A stretch of 19,347 nt of DNA from a virus (Duplodnaviria; Heunggongvirae; Uroviricota; Caudoviricetes). A model generated the notes under the pieces. That model had not been told where the DNA came from. It made no database searches and was given only the letters and a program-made list of their open reading frames with translations. Where the stretch lies: positions 1 to 19,347 of IMG/VR virus record IMGVR_UViG_3300033121_000823, one strand, 5' to 3'. Shown in pieces: positions 1-7,617 of this stretch; the stretch's first letter is position 1; each line of letters opens with the position of its first letter. Position numbers and translations under genes: made by a program.

Positions 1-8
1 TTTAATAA

Positions 9-27
9 ACCTCTATTACCTAGAGGT
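9..27 (-). terminator. Possible intrinsic terminator downstream of the ligase gene
   Basis: 7-bp inverted repeat ACCTCTA(9-15)/TAGAGGT(21-27) with a 5-nt loop, followed on the minus strand by TTATT; the U-tract is weak. Confidence 0.3.
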
Positions 28-56
28 AAATACACCAGATTTTCAAAAACCTATCA

Positions 57-1163
57 TTATTCAAAGTTGCGAATACTCGTTCCAATTGGAAAACGTGGAA
101 TACCATCATTAGTATATCCAAAAAAGCGTACAGTTAACATATCTCCCGGCACTATTGTACCGTCACAAAAATCTTCCCAAATTTGACATCGCTCATAATC
201 TGAACCTTTAGGTTTGACAGCGAACGTCTGACCAGTTTGGGTAACACAAATCAACGAACATTGACCCTCTTGCTTGCCCTTATTTTCCTCAGCCCCAACA
301 ATCTTAAATTCTTCATCCATAAACTCTTTATATTTCTGAAGATTATATGACCGTGTGTCAATTTCATATGGGCCGATTTTATTTCGTACCATCGCGCCTT
401 CGTAGCCATCTTGAACGAACGCGTCGTGATACGTCTTTACTTCTTCCGGCGTACTAACTTCATACGTTTCAACAGTTTTCACCTGCTTCATATTAGTTAA
501 TAGAGAAGAAAGTGTTCGCCGCCGCGTATCAAAATCATACTCACTAATCATATCGTATACATGATACTGAATAAGTGAGGAATCTTTCACCGGCTTATCT
601 CGCCGTATTAAAGATACAAGCTTTTGGAAGTCGTTCTTTAGGGCGTGATTATATAGTTCACCGTCCAGAACGTGACCGACCCGCAAAACACTTCTTAATT
701 CGGGCGTCAGATGTTCCAACGTGTTGAAGAATTTACCCTGCCGCGACATATACACTACTTTTTCTTCTATTACATCATAGTAAGTTATACAACGAATTCC
801 GTCTATTTTCCTTTGTACAAAAGCCGGATATTGTATTTTCTTACTGTGTTCGGAGAACTTTTGAGCTAACATTGGGCGAAATGGTTTTTCTTGTGGAACT
901 GTTAATGAATAGCCCTTTCTATCCTTCTGCTTATTCCACAGCGAGTTGGCTTCAAGCTCAGCTTGTTGGAGCGGAGTTGTTTCATTAGCCTTATCAATAT
1001 TTTTCCCTTCACTAACAACTGTGGAAGTTTGCTGTATCTTTCCACCTACCTGTCCATGCCTAACTGCATAAATACCACCACTTAGATGAACATCATAACC
1101 AATTTGCCACTCATAAACTTTACCAGTAGACGACAACTTATACAATTTTGGTAGCCAATTCAT
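57..1163 (-). CDS. lig: ATP-dependent DNA ligase with N-terminal WGR-like extension
   Basis: Adenylation motif KxDG (QRKIDGIRC), LDGELY, YHVYD, GYEGAMVR, NLQKYK and a C-terminal OB fold ending GIPRFP. Confidence 0.95.
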   Translation of the reverse strand: MNWLPKLYKLSSTGKVYEWQIGYDVHLSGGIYAVRHGQVGGKIQQTSTVVSEGKNIDKANETTPLQQAELEANSLWNKQKDRKGYSLTVPQEKPFRPMLAQKFSEHSKKIQYPAFVQRKIDGIRCITYYDVIEEKVVYMSRQGKFFNTLEHLTPELRSVLRVGHVLDGELYNHALKNDFQKLVSLIRRDKPVKDSSLIQYHVYDMISEYDFDTRRRTLSSLLTNMKQVKTVETYEVSTPEEVKTYHDAFVQDGYEGAMVRNKIGPYEIDTRSYNLQKYKEFMDEEFKIVGAEENKGKQEGQCSLICVTQTGQTFAVKPKGSDYERCQIWEDFCDGTIVPGDMLTVRFFGYTNDGIPRFPIGTSIRNFE

Positions 1164-1165
1164 TC

Positions 1166-1495
1166 TTATTCCTTTCGCAAGAAAGTATCACACAAAATTC
1201 CAAAGTAATTCTTAATCATTTCAATATAGTTCTGATTGTAAATTGCCTTTACGATAGCCCTTAATACTCTAAGAGGCCAAGTAAATCCTAAGATTAGGCG
1301 GAGTATATAGTATGTTGTCCACACGAAGAATGATAGTAACCACGGCTCGCTGCTTTTCCAGCACCCTTCTAATGGAGGATATCGCTTCCTAAAAGAAGAA
1401 CGAATTCTATCATAATAAAACTGTGAGTCCTCAGCCGATACAGCTAGTGATATAATTCCATATATAAATGACGCAAATATAATTCCGTAAAACAT
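1166..1495 (-). CDS. Hypothetical membrane protein (109 aa)
   Basis: ORF in the co-oriented run; two hydrophobic segments; abuts both neighbours. Confidence 0.7.
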   Translation of the reverse strand: MFYGIIFASFIYGIISLAVSAEDSQFYYDRIRSSFRKRYPPLEGCWKSSEPWLLSFFVWTTYYILRLILGFTWPLRVLRAIVKAIYNQNYIEMIKNYFGILCDTFLRKE

Positions 1496-1981
1496 TTAAT
1501 CCTCCATCCATTCTGGTTTTTCACGTTTAGTCCACCGACAATCTACATTCTTTAATTTATTCTGCTTATAGTAAAAGCGATAAGCTTCTATCGTATCTGG
1601 TAATTGATAGAGAATTGGCATCGCCTTTGGTGGCTCACTAAAGCTAACACTATCCAAATCTATCGGATTTTCCTTTAAATAATCCAACATGTCAGCGCAT
1701 TTATGTCTTTTTTCGTATCTAAATTGATACTCATAGCATAACGCATAAGCATGATTTTCAAGCCATTTATAATTCATACCATCATTACGAACCCAAATAG
1801 AACATGGGTGTTGTTGATGAGTTGACTTATAGATATTTTCTAGATATTCATTATTGTTTGGATAGTAGTGATGAGCAGTACATAGTAACTGTGTACTTTC
1901 TAACGCCATTTTAATGACGTGTTTATCACATAAATATTGTGCTGATTTGACTGGACAACTATCGAGATAGAAGATGTTCAT
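1496..1981 (-). CDS. Pyrimidine-dimer DNA glycosylase (DenV/endonuclease V)-like protein
   Basis: MNIFYLD...DKHVIKMALESTQLLCTAH...THQQHPCSIW signature. Start reassigned to the ATG at 1981, the family-typical N-terminus; the track start at 2008 is 9 codons upstream. Confidence 0.8.
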   Translation of the reverse strand: MNIFYLDSCPVKSAQYLCDKHVIKMALESTQLLCTAHHYYPNNNEYLENIYKSTHQQHPCSIWVRNDGMNYKWLENHAYALCYEYQFRYEKRHKCADMLDYLKENPIDLDSVSFSEPPKAMPILYQLPDTIEAYRFYYKQNKLKNVDCRWTKREKPEWMED

Positions 1982-2549
1982 ATTTATTTGTATACTTTCC
2001 AAATTCAATTATACCAGTAGAAAATTCTACTCTAGTAAGAAATATTGGCCCTAACCCTCTAAATTTTACTTCTGATATTTTTGCAATATATTTTCCATGA
2101 AATTGACTCCAGAATATTTTGGAAGTAACTTCCTTACTTCCATTATTTATGTATAATGTAGTTGGTACATTCAATGTACCCGGCTCTATAAACGCAAGAG
2201 TATAATCATTATGATATTCAAAATGGATACTTCTTTCACGTTTTATTTCATAAATAACTTCAACCGTTAAGTCTTCCTTAACTAAAAGTAAGGAATCGAA
2301 CTTGGTTGTTCCAAAGTTAAACTGGCCATTCTTATCTAAGGAAAAGAAGTCGTCACTTACTTTTCCATTAAGAATAGGACGCACTTCTCTTAATCCTGCC
2401 GAATTTACTTTATACACAGTTGCAGTAGTAGCTGCGGATGCTATAGCATTATCATGTATATAATACGAATATTCTCGTATTCTTCCAGTATCTTCAACAT
2501 TAACAGTATCAACACCAACCAATAAGCTAATTAATAATACGATATTCAT
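1959..2549 (-). CDS. Hypothetical protein with N-terminal hydrophobic/signal segment (196 aa)
   Basis: Long ORF overlapping both neighbours; begins MNIVLLISLLVG. Confidence 0.7.
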   Translation of the reverse strand: MNIVLLISLLVGVDTVNVEDTGRIREYSYYIHDNAIASAATTATVYKVNSAGLREVRPILNGKVSDDFFSLDKNGQFNFGTTKFDSLLLVKEDLTVEVIYEIKRERSIHFEYHNDYTLAFIEPGTLNVPTTLYINNGSKEVTSKIFWSQFHGKYIAKISEVKFRGLGPIFLTRVEFSTGIIEFGKYTNKYEHLLSR

Positions 2550-2955
2550 GTGTTATAAATTTCCTTGTAGCTTTCCTAGGTTTATATCTAGCGTCTCTTA
2601 TATCTTTACTTATAATGTTTCTATCTTCAATTTCAGTATCATAAGTAGTCCAAGTTTCAGTATAGTATTTACAATAAATATATACTATATCACTACCATT
2701 AAAAATTGTAAACTTATACTTATAAGGCCCATCATTTTTTGATAAACTAAATGACTTTCTGACAAAGAAAGCCATTGATATATGAGTGTTCTTTTCTTCT
2801 ACCCATTCTTTTATTATGATTTGGTCCATAAATCCACTATGGATATCATAATTATTAATCTCGACATATCCGTCTACATAATATGTTGTATGTGTTCTTT
2901 CGGCCACACGACCGTCAGAAACTATTAATATAGTTAATAGAAGAAAACTAGTCAT
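2527..2955 (-). CDS. Hypothetical protein with N-terminal hydrophobic/signal segment (142 aa)
   Basis: ORF in the operon-like run; begins MTSFLLLTILIVS. Confidence 0.7.
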   Translation of the reverse strand: MTSFLLLTILIVSDGRVAERTHTTYYVDGYVEINNYDIHSGFMDQIIIKEWVEEKNTHISMAFFVRKSFSLSKNDGPYKYKFTIFNGSDIVYIYCKYYTETWTTYDTEIEDRNIISKDIRDARYKPRKATRKFITHEYRIIN

Positions 2956-3199
2956 GCCGCTTTATTACTGGCATACTATCGCCAGTAGCCTTTCTGTGGG
3001 CACGAACAGCTTTATGCGTATCTGGCGGTGACTCTGTTTCTTTATAGGCCGCCTTTACCAACCAACCATTAGTCCAAATATCATTTTCTTTTAGTTGAAT
3101 GATATTTCCCACTTTTGCATATTCTGACGGAATAAAGGATACTTGTGTTGTAACGCCTTCAGAAGTTTCCAACTCTAGTAAGCATTGTGTGTATTTCAT
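2948..3199 (-). CDS. Hypothetical protein (83 aa)
   Basis: ATGA overlap with the dUTPase stop codon. Confidence 0.75.
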   Translation of the reverse strand: MKYTQCLLELETSEGVTTQVSFIPSEYAKVGNIIQLKENDIWTNGWLVKAAYKETESPPDTHKAVRAHRKATGDSMPVIKRHD

Positions 3200-3627
3200 A
3201 AACCTGATGACCCAAAACCTTTCTCGCCGCGTTCCGTGGCGTCTAATTCATTAACTTCAATAAGTTCACAGTCTTCTACCTTTTGTATTAGTAGTTGGGC
3301 GACCTTACTTCCGGCCGGTATATACATTGATGTTTGGCCGTCAGTGTACTTATTTACGATACCGAGCATTACTTCTATTTCGCCGCGAAAGTCGGCATCT
3401 ATTACGCCGCCGTAAACCTTTACACCTTGCTTGCCGCGACTACTTTTATCCCAAATAAGGCCGACGTACCCTTCGGGTATCTTAATGGCAATTCCCGTTT
3501 TGACGGAAACTATTTTTTCGCTGTCTAATCTTACATCCTCGATTGAATATAGGTCATATCCAGCGCTTTTATATGCTTTGGTTGGAAAAGTGGCGGCTCG
3601 ATTTACTTTTTTAACTTCTAATTTCAT
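3196..3627 (-). CDS. dut: Trimeric dUTPase
   Basis: All five motifs present: AGYDL, DKSSRG, GVIDADFRGEI, AQLLI, RGEKGFGSSG. Probable start ATG 3627 (alternative GTG 3639). Confidence 0.95.
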   Translation of the reverse strand: MKLEVKKVNRAATFPTKAYKSAGYDLYSIEDVRLDSEKIVSVKTGIAIKIPEGYVGLIWDKSSRGKQGVKVYGGVIDADFRGEIEVMLGIVNKYTDGQTSMYIPAGSKVAQLLIQKVEDCELIEVNELDATERGEKGFGSSGL

Positions 3628-3850
3628 GTAGAAACTCACATAATGTAAAGAATGAATTTATTAATAATACTGTTATTATAGCAAATAGTAATAGTATTGG
3701 TATAATAATCCATATAGACCCAATTAAGAATGATAGTACAATTATAGATAGTTTATCTATCATATCTTCGTGTGGCATATCAAACCACGCAAAAGTATTA
3801 TATACGAAGAATGCAACGCTTATCGCGCTAAGAACATAAAATGTAATCAT
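3611..3850 (-). CDS. Small membrane protein (79 aa)
   Basis: Two or three hydrophobic helices; overlaps both neighbours. Confidence 0.65.
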   Translation of the reverse strand: MITFYVLSAISVAFFVYNTFAWFDMPHEDMIDKLSIIVLSFLIGSIWIIIPILLLFAIITVLLINSFFTLCEFLHEIRS

Positions 3851-4083
3851 AAGTTAAACCTTTTCAAGATAAAAGTAATTAAGTCGGGTAACTTCCACAA
3901 AATTACAAACGGCCATAATGGAATTGTAACTGCTGTCAGTACTAAGGATACTGCAATTTCTTCTTTAGTGGCAAATTTTAATTGTAAATATGCCGTTACT
4001 ACACTAAGTATCCAGTAAAAAGATAACGGCGAAAGTAATACGCCAATAATTATGTACGCTAGAAGCATATATTCTTCCTCCAC
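3847..4083 (-). CDS. Small membrane protein (78 aa)
   Basis: GTG start; two hydrophobic helices; ATGA overlap downstream. Confidence 0.65.
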   Translation of the reverse strand: MEEEYMLLAYIIIGVLLSPLSFYWILSVVTAYLQLKFATKEEIAVSLVLTAVTIPLWPFVILWKLPDLITFILKRFNL

Positions 4084-4388
4084 TTACTTTGTTTTTCTTC
4101 TATTAACTTTTGGAAGTCTTCGATTGTTCCGCCGCTTAGAAAGAATACTTCTAGAGCACAGTTAATAACATCAACACATTCACTTTTGACCGGTTCAGTT
4201 ACTTTCTTTCTACCTGACAGGCAGGTTCCAACTTCACCAACTTCCTCGGCTAAATCGTAGAACGCTTGTGCTAAACTTCTTCCGTTCAATTTTGTTAGAA
4301 GATTGGCGTTTTCTAAGAAGTCTTCTCGCGGTACTATCGTGCCGTTATACGACTTCATTTTTTCTGCTAATTTACTCATGAAATCCAT
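4059..4388 (-). CDS. MazG-like NTP pyrophosphohydrolase
   Basis: EExxE motif (LAEEVGEV) and ExxD motif (ECVDV), single all-alpha domain. Confidence 0.8.
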   Translation of the reverse strand: MDFMSKLAEKMKSYNGTIVPREDFLENANLLTKLNGRSLAQAFYDLAEEVGEVGTCLSGRKKVTEPVKSECVDVINCALEVFFLSGGTIEDFQKLIEEKQSKWRKNICF

Positions 4389-4645
4389 CCAGGTATACTA
4401 TGTGTGTATTTTCCAGTTTTCTTATTATAAATGTAATACGTACCACGACCAGCTAAAGGTCCATAGTTCCATTCAACCGAAGCTATTACATCATCATCAG
4501 TCATTATAGTACTAAATTCGTCTATAACAGATTGAGCTATTTCACATTCAATACTAACTTTTTGATTCTTTTCAAAGAATTTTATTGATGTATATCTGTC
4601 TATTGGAAGTATATAGTCGTCTTTTAATTTATCCATTATTCCCAT
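4376..4645 (-). CDS. Hypothetical protein (89 aa)
   Basis: AGAGG SD-like site directly upstream; overlaps the MazG-like gene start. Confidence 0.7.
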   Translation of the reverse strand: MGIMDKLKDDYILPIDRYTSIKFFEKNQKVSIECEIAQSVIDEFSTIMTDDDVIASVEWNYGPLAGRGTYYIYNKKTGKYTHSIPGWIS

Positions 4646-4720
4646 CCTCTATACTTATAGGTAAATGTACCTATCATATTATTATATATAAAGTAATCAC
4701 ATACTGTATCACTTATAATC

Positions 4721-5089
4721 CTAACTACTACACAATTGTTCGTTCTTAAAGTACAAACTTTCTAAGTACTTATTGCCGTAGATTTTAGCGTTGCTTTCTT
4801 CTTGTGTGCAAGGAATTAAAAGATATGGTTTCTTATCATTACCTATGTATAAAAATATTGTCTTATCTAAACCTTTTGGATTGATACCACTACGATATCC
4901 CATATCGTTATCGAAATAAAAAGTATCACCTATTTTAGGCTCTTCAAAATATCCAATTGATACTTTTTTAACATCCAAACAAAGTCTTAGCTTAACGGTC
5001 CCTTGCGGGACTACACGACTTGTCGCTGCAAGCGTCGGAACGACTGGTAAACTTCCAATCGCTAATAATGCTGTTCTTCTATCTAGCAT
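4721..5089 (-). CDS. Hypothetical protein with twin-arginine (Tat)-like signal
   Basis: N-terminus MLDRRTALLAIGSLPVVPTLAA: RR plus hydrophobic core plus an AxA-like end. Confidence 0.7.
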   Translation of the reverse strand: MLDRRTALLAIGSLPVVPTLAATSRVVPQGTVKLRLCLDVKKVSIGYFEEPKIGDTFYFDNDMGYRSGINPKGLDKTIFLYIGNDKKPYLLIPCTQEESNAKIYGNKYLESLYFKNEQLCSS

Positions 5090-5234
5090 ACTGCTCTCTC
5101 CTCATAATTGTGATAGTAGTTCTTTTTAATGGATTTGAAATAGATATTCCTTTAGTCGCCCAAAAGATTCTTGGTTTAGTTTTAACTTTAAAAAAAGTAA
5201 GTGGAATTGCAAGTAATAACTGTCGTCTATTCAC
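5079..5234 (-). CDS. Small peptide (51 aa) with twin-arginine-like N-terminus
   Basis: GTG at 5234 overlapping the upstream stop (GTGAATAG) with AAGGGG upstream; reads (M)NRRQLLLAIPLTFF. The track start at 5273 looks too far upstream. Confidence 0.5.
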   Translation of the reverse strand: MNRRQLLLAIPLTFFKVKTKPRIFWATKGISISNPLKRTTITIMRREQYAR

Positions 5235-5496
5235 TTCGTAACCCCTTCGGTAATAGTAACCTAAACCCCACAAACTTCCCAGTCTCTTCAGAGTGATACA
5301 CTGTTAATTCATTATTTATTTGAGTAGCTATAGACTCACAATCTTCAACAAAATATGTTAGAAACTGACCATCATCAAACTTAGTTAATCTTGGCCTAAA
5401 AGGCTCTCTATCTATAAATTTGTATCCACAGTTTCCGCACTCTTTTAATCCTTTTAACTTATAAAAATAACATACTACGCAGAAATCTTGTGACAT
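5227..5496 (-). CDS. Hypothetical protein with N-terminal zinc ribbon
   Basis: CxxC...CxxC (CVVC, CGNC); GGAGG SD upstream. Confidence 0.7.
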   Translation of the reverse strand: MSQDFCVVCYFYKLKGLKECGNCGYKFIDREPFRPRLTKFDDGQFLTYFVEDCESIATQINNELTVYHSEETGKFVGFRLLLPKGLRSE

Positions 5497-5915
5497 ACCT
5501 TCCTCCCAAAGCTAGATTCACATTCAGTATTCCACGTTTCATGCCAGTACGGTTTATATGCATCTGGCATTACTTTTAGGAGTAGTGGTTGCGGCCCTAA
5601 TGTAGAGTCCCACTGCAAATATCCATCAAAATCATCTATAAATATGTCTAGTTCTAGTTCCTTAATTAGGACAGCCTTACACATATTACCATACTTGTCA
5701 TAATCGGCACATCTAACAAGTTGAAATCGTTCTTCCATTCCATCAAAACCAATACCATTCATTCGTAATGAAGATATTACGTGCTCTTTTGGATGTTGGT
5801 CTGTAATAATGTAGACGTTTTCAGTTCCATACTTTTCTCGAAAAGTTTTAATGAGATTTCTAAAGACTTCAGGATACTTTGAGATTACTCCACCAATATC
5901 AATTCCTATCTTCAT
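5475..5915 (-). CDS. HAD-superfamily-like protein (possible nucleotidase)
   Basis: N-terminal IGIDIGGVI (motif I variant, DxG instead of DxD) and motif IV LDIFIDD. Confidence 0.65.
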   Translation of the reverse strand: MKIGIDIGGVISKYPEVFRNLIKTFREKYGTENVYIITDQHPKEHVISSLRMNGIGFDGMEERFQLVRCADYDKYGNMCKAVLIKELELDIFIDDFDGYLQWDSTLGPQPLLLKVMPDAYKPYWHETWNTECESSFGRKVCHKISA

Positions 5916-6228
5916 GCTCTTCTATCCTTATTGTCGATTCATTGTTCTTGGATAACCAAGGATTATGATAGATTGGATACTCTTTACCAATCTCTACTGA
6001 GATTGTGTCTGGATTCCGTATCTTTACTTTGAGGCCGCTATTAGTCTTACCAAGCCATTCGTCTCCATCTTTTCCTATGATGACAGCTTTAGTTCCATAC
6101 GTTTTATGAATCCTATCTAAATCTTCATTACATCCTGCTGCACCCCACATTAAGACTAGGATTAGTACTCCTAGCCAAAAAAATGGAACTACAATAGAAT
6201 ATATAAAGTCGCCTATCACTTCTTTCAT
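5899..6228 (-). CDS. Putative lipoprotein or membrane-anchored protein (109 aa)
   Basis: Hydrophobic helix ending in lipobox-like AAGC (Cys33). Confidence 0.55.
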   Translation of the reverse strand: MKEVIGDFIYSIVVPFFWLGVLILVLMWGAAGCNEDLDRIHKTYGTKAVIIGKDGDEWLGKTNSGLKVKIRNPDTISVEIGKEYPIYHNPWLSKNNESTIRIEEHEDRN

Positions 6229-6237
6229 TATTTATTC

Positions 6238-7269
6238 CTAACACTTATAAAGTACCTTAGTACCACCAACCAACTTTCTATTTACAGATGTGGACATAAT
6301 ATATATCTCATACTGAGAGTATGACGATGGAATTACCTTAATTTCAACACCACTTGGCAAGCCAAGTAAATCTCTCGCATCAGTATCACTGTACATTTTT
6401 CCACTAACGGTATCTCGAATAACTATTTCCTTGGCAGCTTGCACTGTTTCAGTCTTAGTTAGTTGATAGAAGGCATTGCCCTTCACATAAGATTTCGAAA
6501 GTTCCTTTTCAACGAAATCGCGTATCTGCTTACCACTCCAAGAGTTAGTAACGCCAGCAATTAAAAACTTATGCGTAACATCCTTAACTTCCTTCTTTAG
6601 TTTAGTAGGAGAAAAATTGGTGTCGGGCTGATAGAAGCTTGCAGTCTTTGTGATTCCTCTACTTCTTCCGGCATAGTAAGAAGAAATTCCGCCCGAAGTT
6701 TTTTCCTCTACCTCCTTTAATTCCTTGGCCGAGCCGTCCCAAGTCGCAATATTATCACTTGGAATGCCATCATTAATTAGAGTTTGTCTCATGGAGACTG
6801 GACATCTAATTGTTACCGTAATATTCCCAGTCTTATTTACATCACTTAATAGGCGGCCGATAGTTTTCTTATAGACTATTGACTGATTTTCTTCACCATC
6901 AGTAATAGCTAATACTAGAAGGGCGTCTACATAACCTTTTGCAGACACATTTTTCCTCCCGTAATCGTCTATTGCCATACCAATAGTATCATATAGAGCA
7001 GTTCCTCCCATATTTTGATATTTTAAAGTATCTATAGTGCTGCTATGTAACGGAACATTTAAATACAATTTATTAATGCACGTTCCAAACACGTATACAT
7101 TAACTGTTGTCGGCACATTATTCTTATCAGCTTCCTCTCGCAATTTTGCAATTTCCATTTTATAGGAATTTTCCAAGTCGCGAGCAATCCAATCCATAGA
7201 CCCCGAAAAGTCTAATACGAATGATACGGTTTGTGTTTGTTTTGGTGTCACAATTCTTCTACTAGCCAT
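6238..7269 (-). CDS. von Willebrand factor A domain protein with uncharacterised C-terminal domain
   Basis: MIDAS DxSxS (LDFSGSM), GGTALYD, ITDGEENQS. Confidence 0.85.
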   Translation of the reverse strand: MASRRIVTPKQTQTVSFVLDFSGSMDWIARDLENSYKMEIAKLREEADKNNVPTTVNVYVFGTCINKLYLNVPLHSSTIDTLKYQNMGGTALYDTIGMAIDDYGRKNVSAKGYVDALLVLAITDGEENQSIVYKKTIGRLLSDVNKTGNITVTIRCPVSMRQTLINDGIPSDNIATWDGSAKELKEVEEKTSGGISSYYAGRSRGITKTASFYQPDTNFSPTKLKKEVKDVTHKFLIAGVTNSWSGKQIRDFVEKELSKSYVKGNAFYQLTKTETVQAAKEIVIRDTVSGKMYSDTDARDLLGLPSGVEIKVIPSSYSQYEIYIMSTSVNRKLVGGTKVLYKC

Positions 7270-7610
7270 TATTTTTCTCCTATTAATTTTGAGAGTTGAC
7301 CTGGAACGGCCAACCTTGCTATCCTAATACATCTTTCTAAACTTTTTAGTTCTGTTTTATTTTTTAGCTGATAAAGCCAAAAGGCTCCATTTTCAAATAC
7401 ATACTTCATACGTCTCGCAGAGGCGTGAGACGAAAAATATAAGTACTTTCCAGGTTTTCCAGACATATGTGAAGCAATCGTTCCATCTCTCCTAAGAAGA
7501 TAGATAGCCCCATCTATATCCTCAATAGTAATGTAAAAAGCCGGTTTCGTTTTAAAAACCGGCTTATACGATGTTGGTAATTTATGTATTTCAATAGTCA
7601 ATTTAAACAT
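7269..7610 (-). CDS. Hypothetical basic protein (113 aa)
   Basis: ATG 7610 preceded by TAGGAG; TAATG overlap with the vWA gene start. Confidence 0.7.
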   Translation of the reverse strand: MFKLTIEIHKLPTSYKPVFKTKPAFYITIEDIDGAIYLLRRDGTIASHMSGKPGKYLYFSSHASARRMKYVFENGAFWLYQLKNKTELKSLERCIRIARLAVPGQLSKLIGEK

Positions 7611-7617
7611 AAAGCTC

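Noticed and set aside
4657-4686. ATAGGTA/TACCTAT hairpin and a TATAAT hexamer in the 4646-4720 gap
   Set aside because: No matching -35 box at 17 nt, and no U-tract after the hairpin; an AT-rich context makes a chance match likely.
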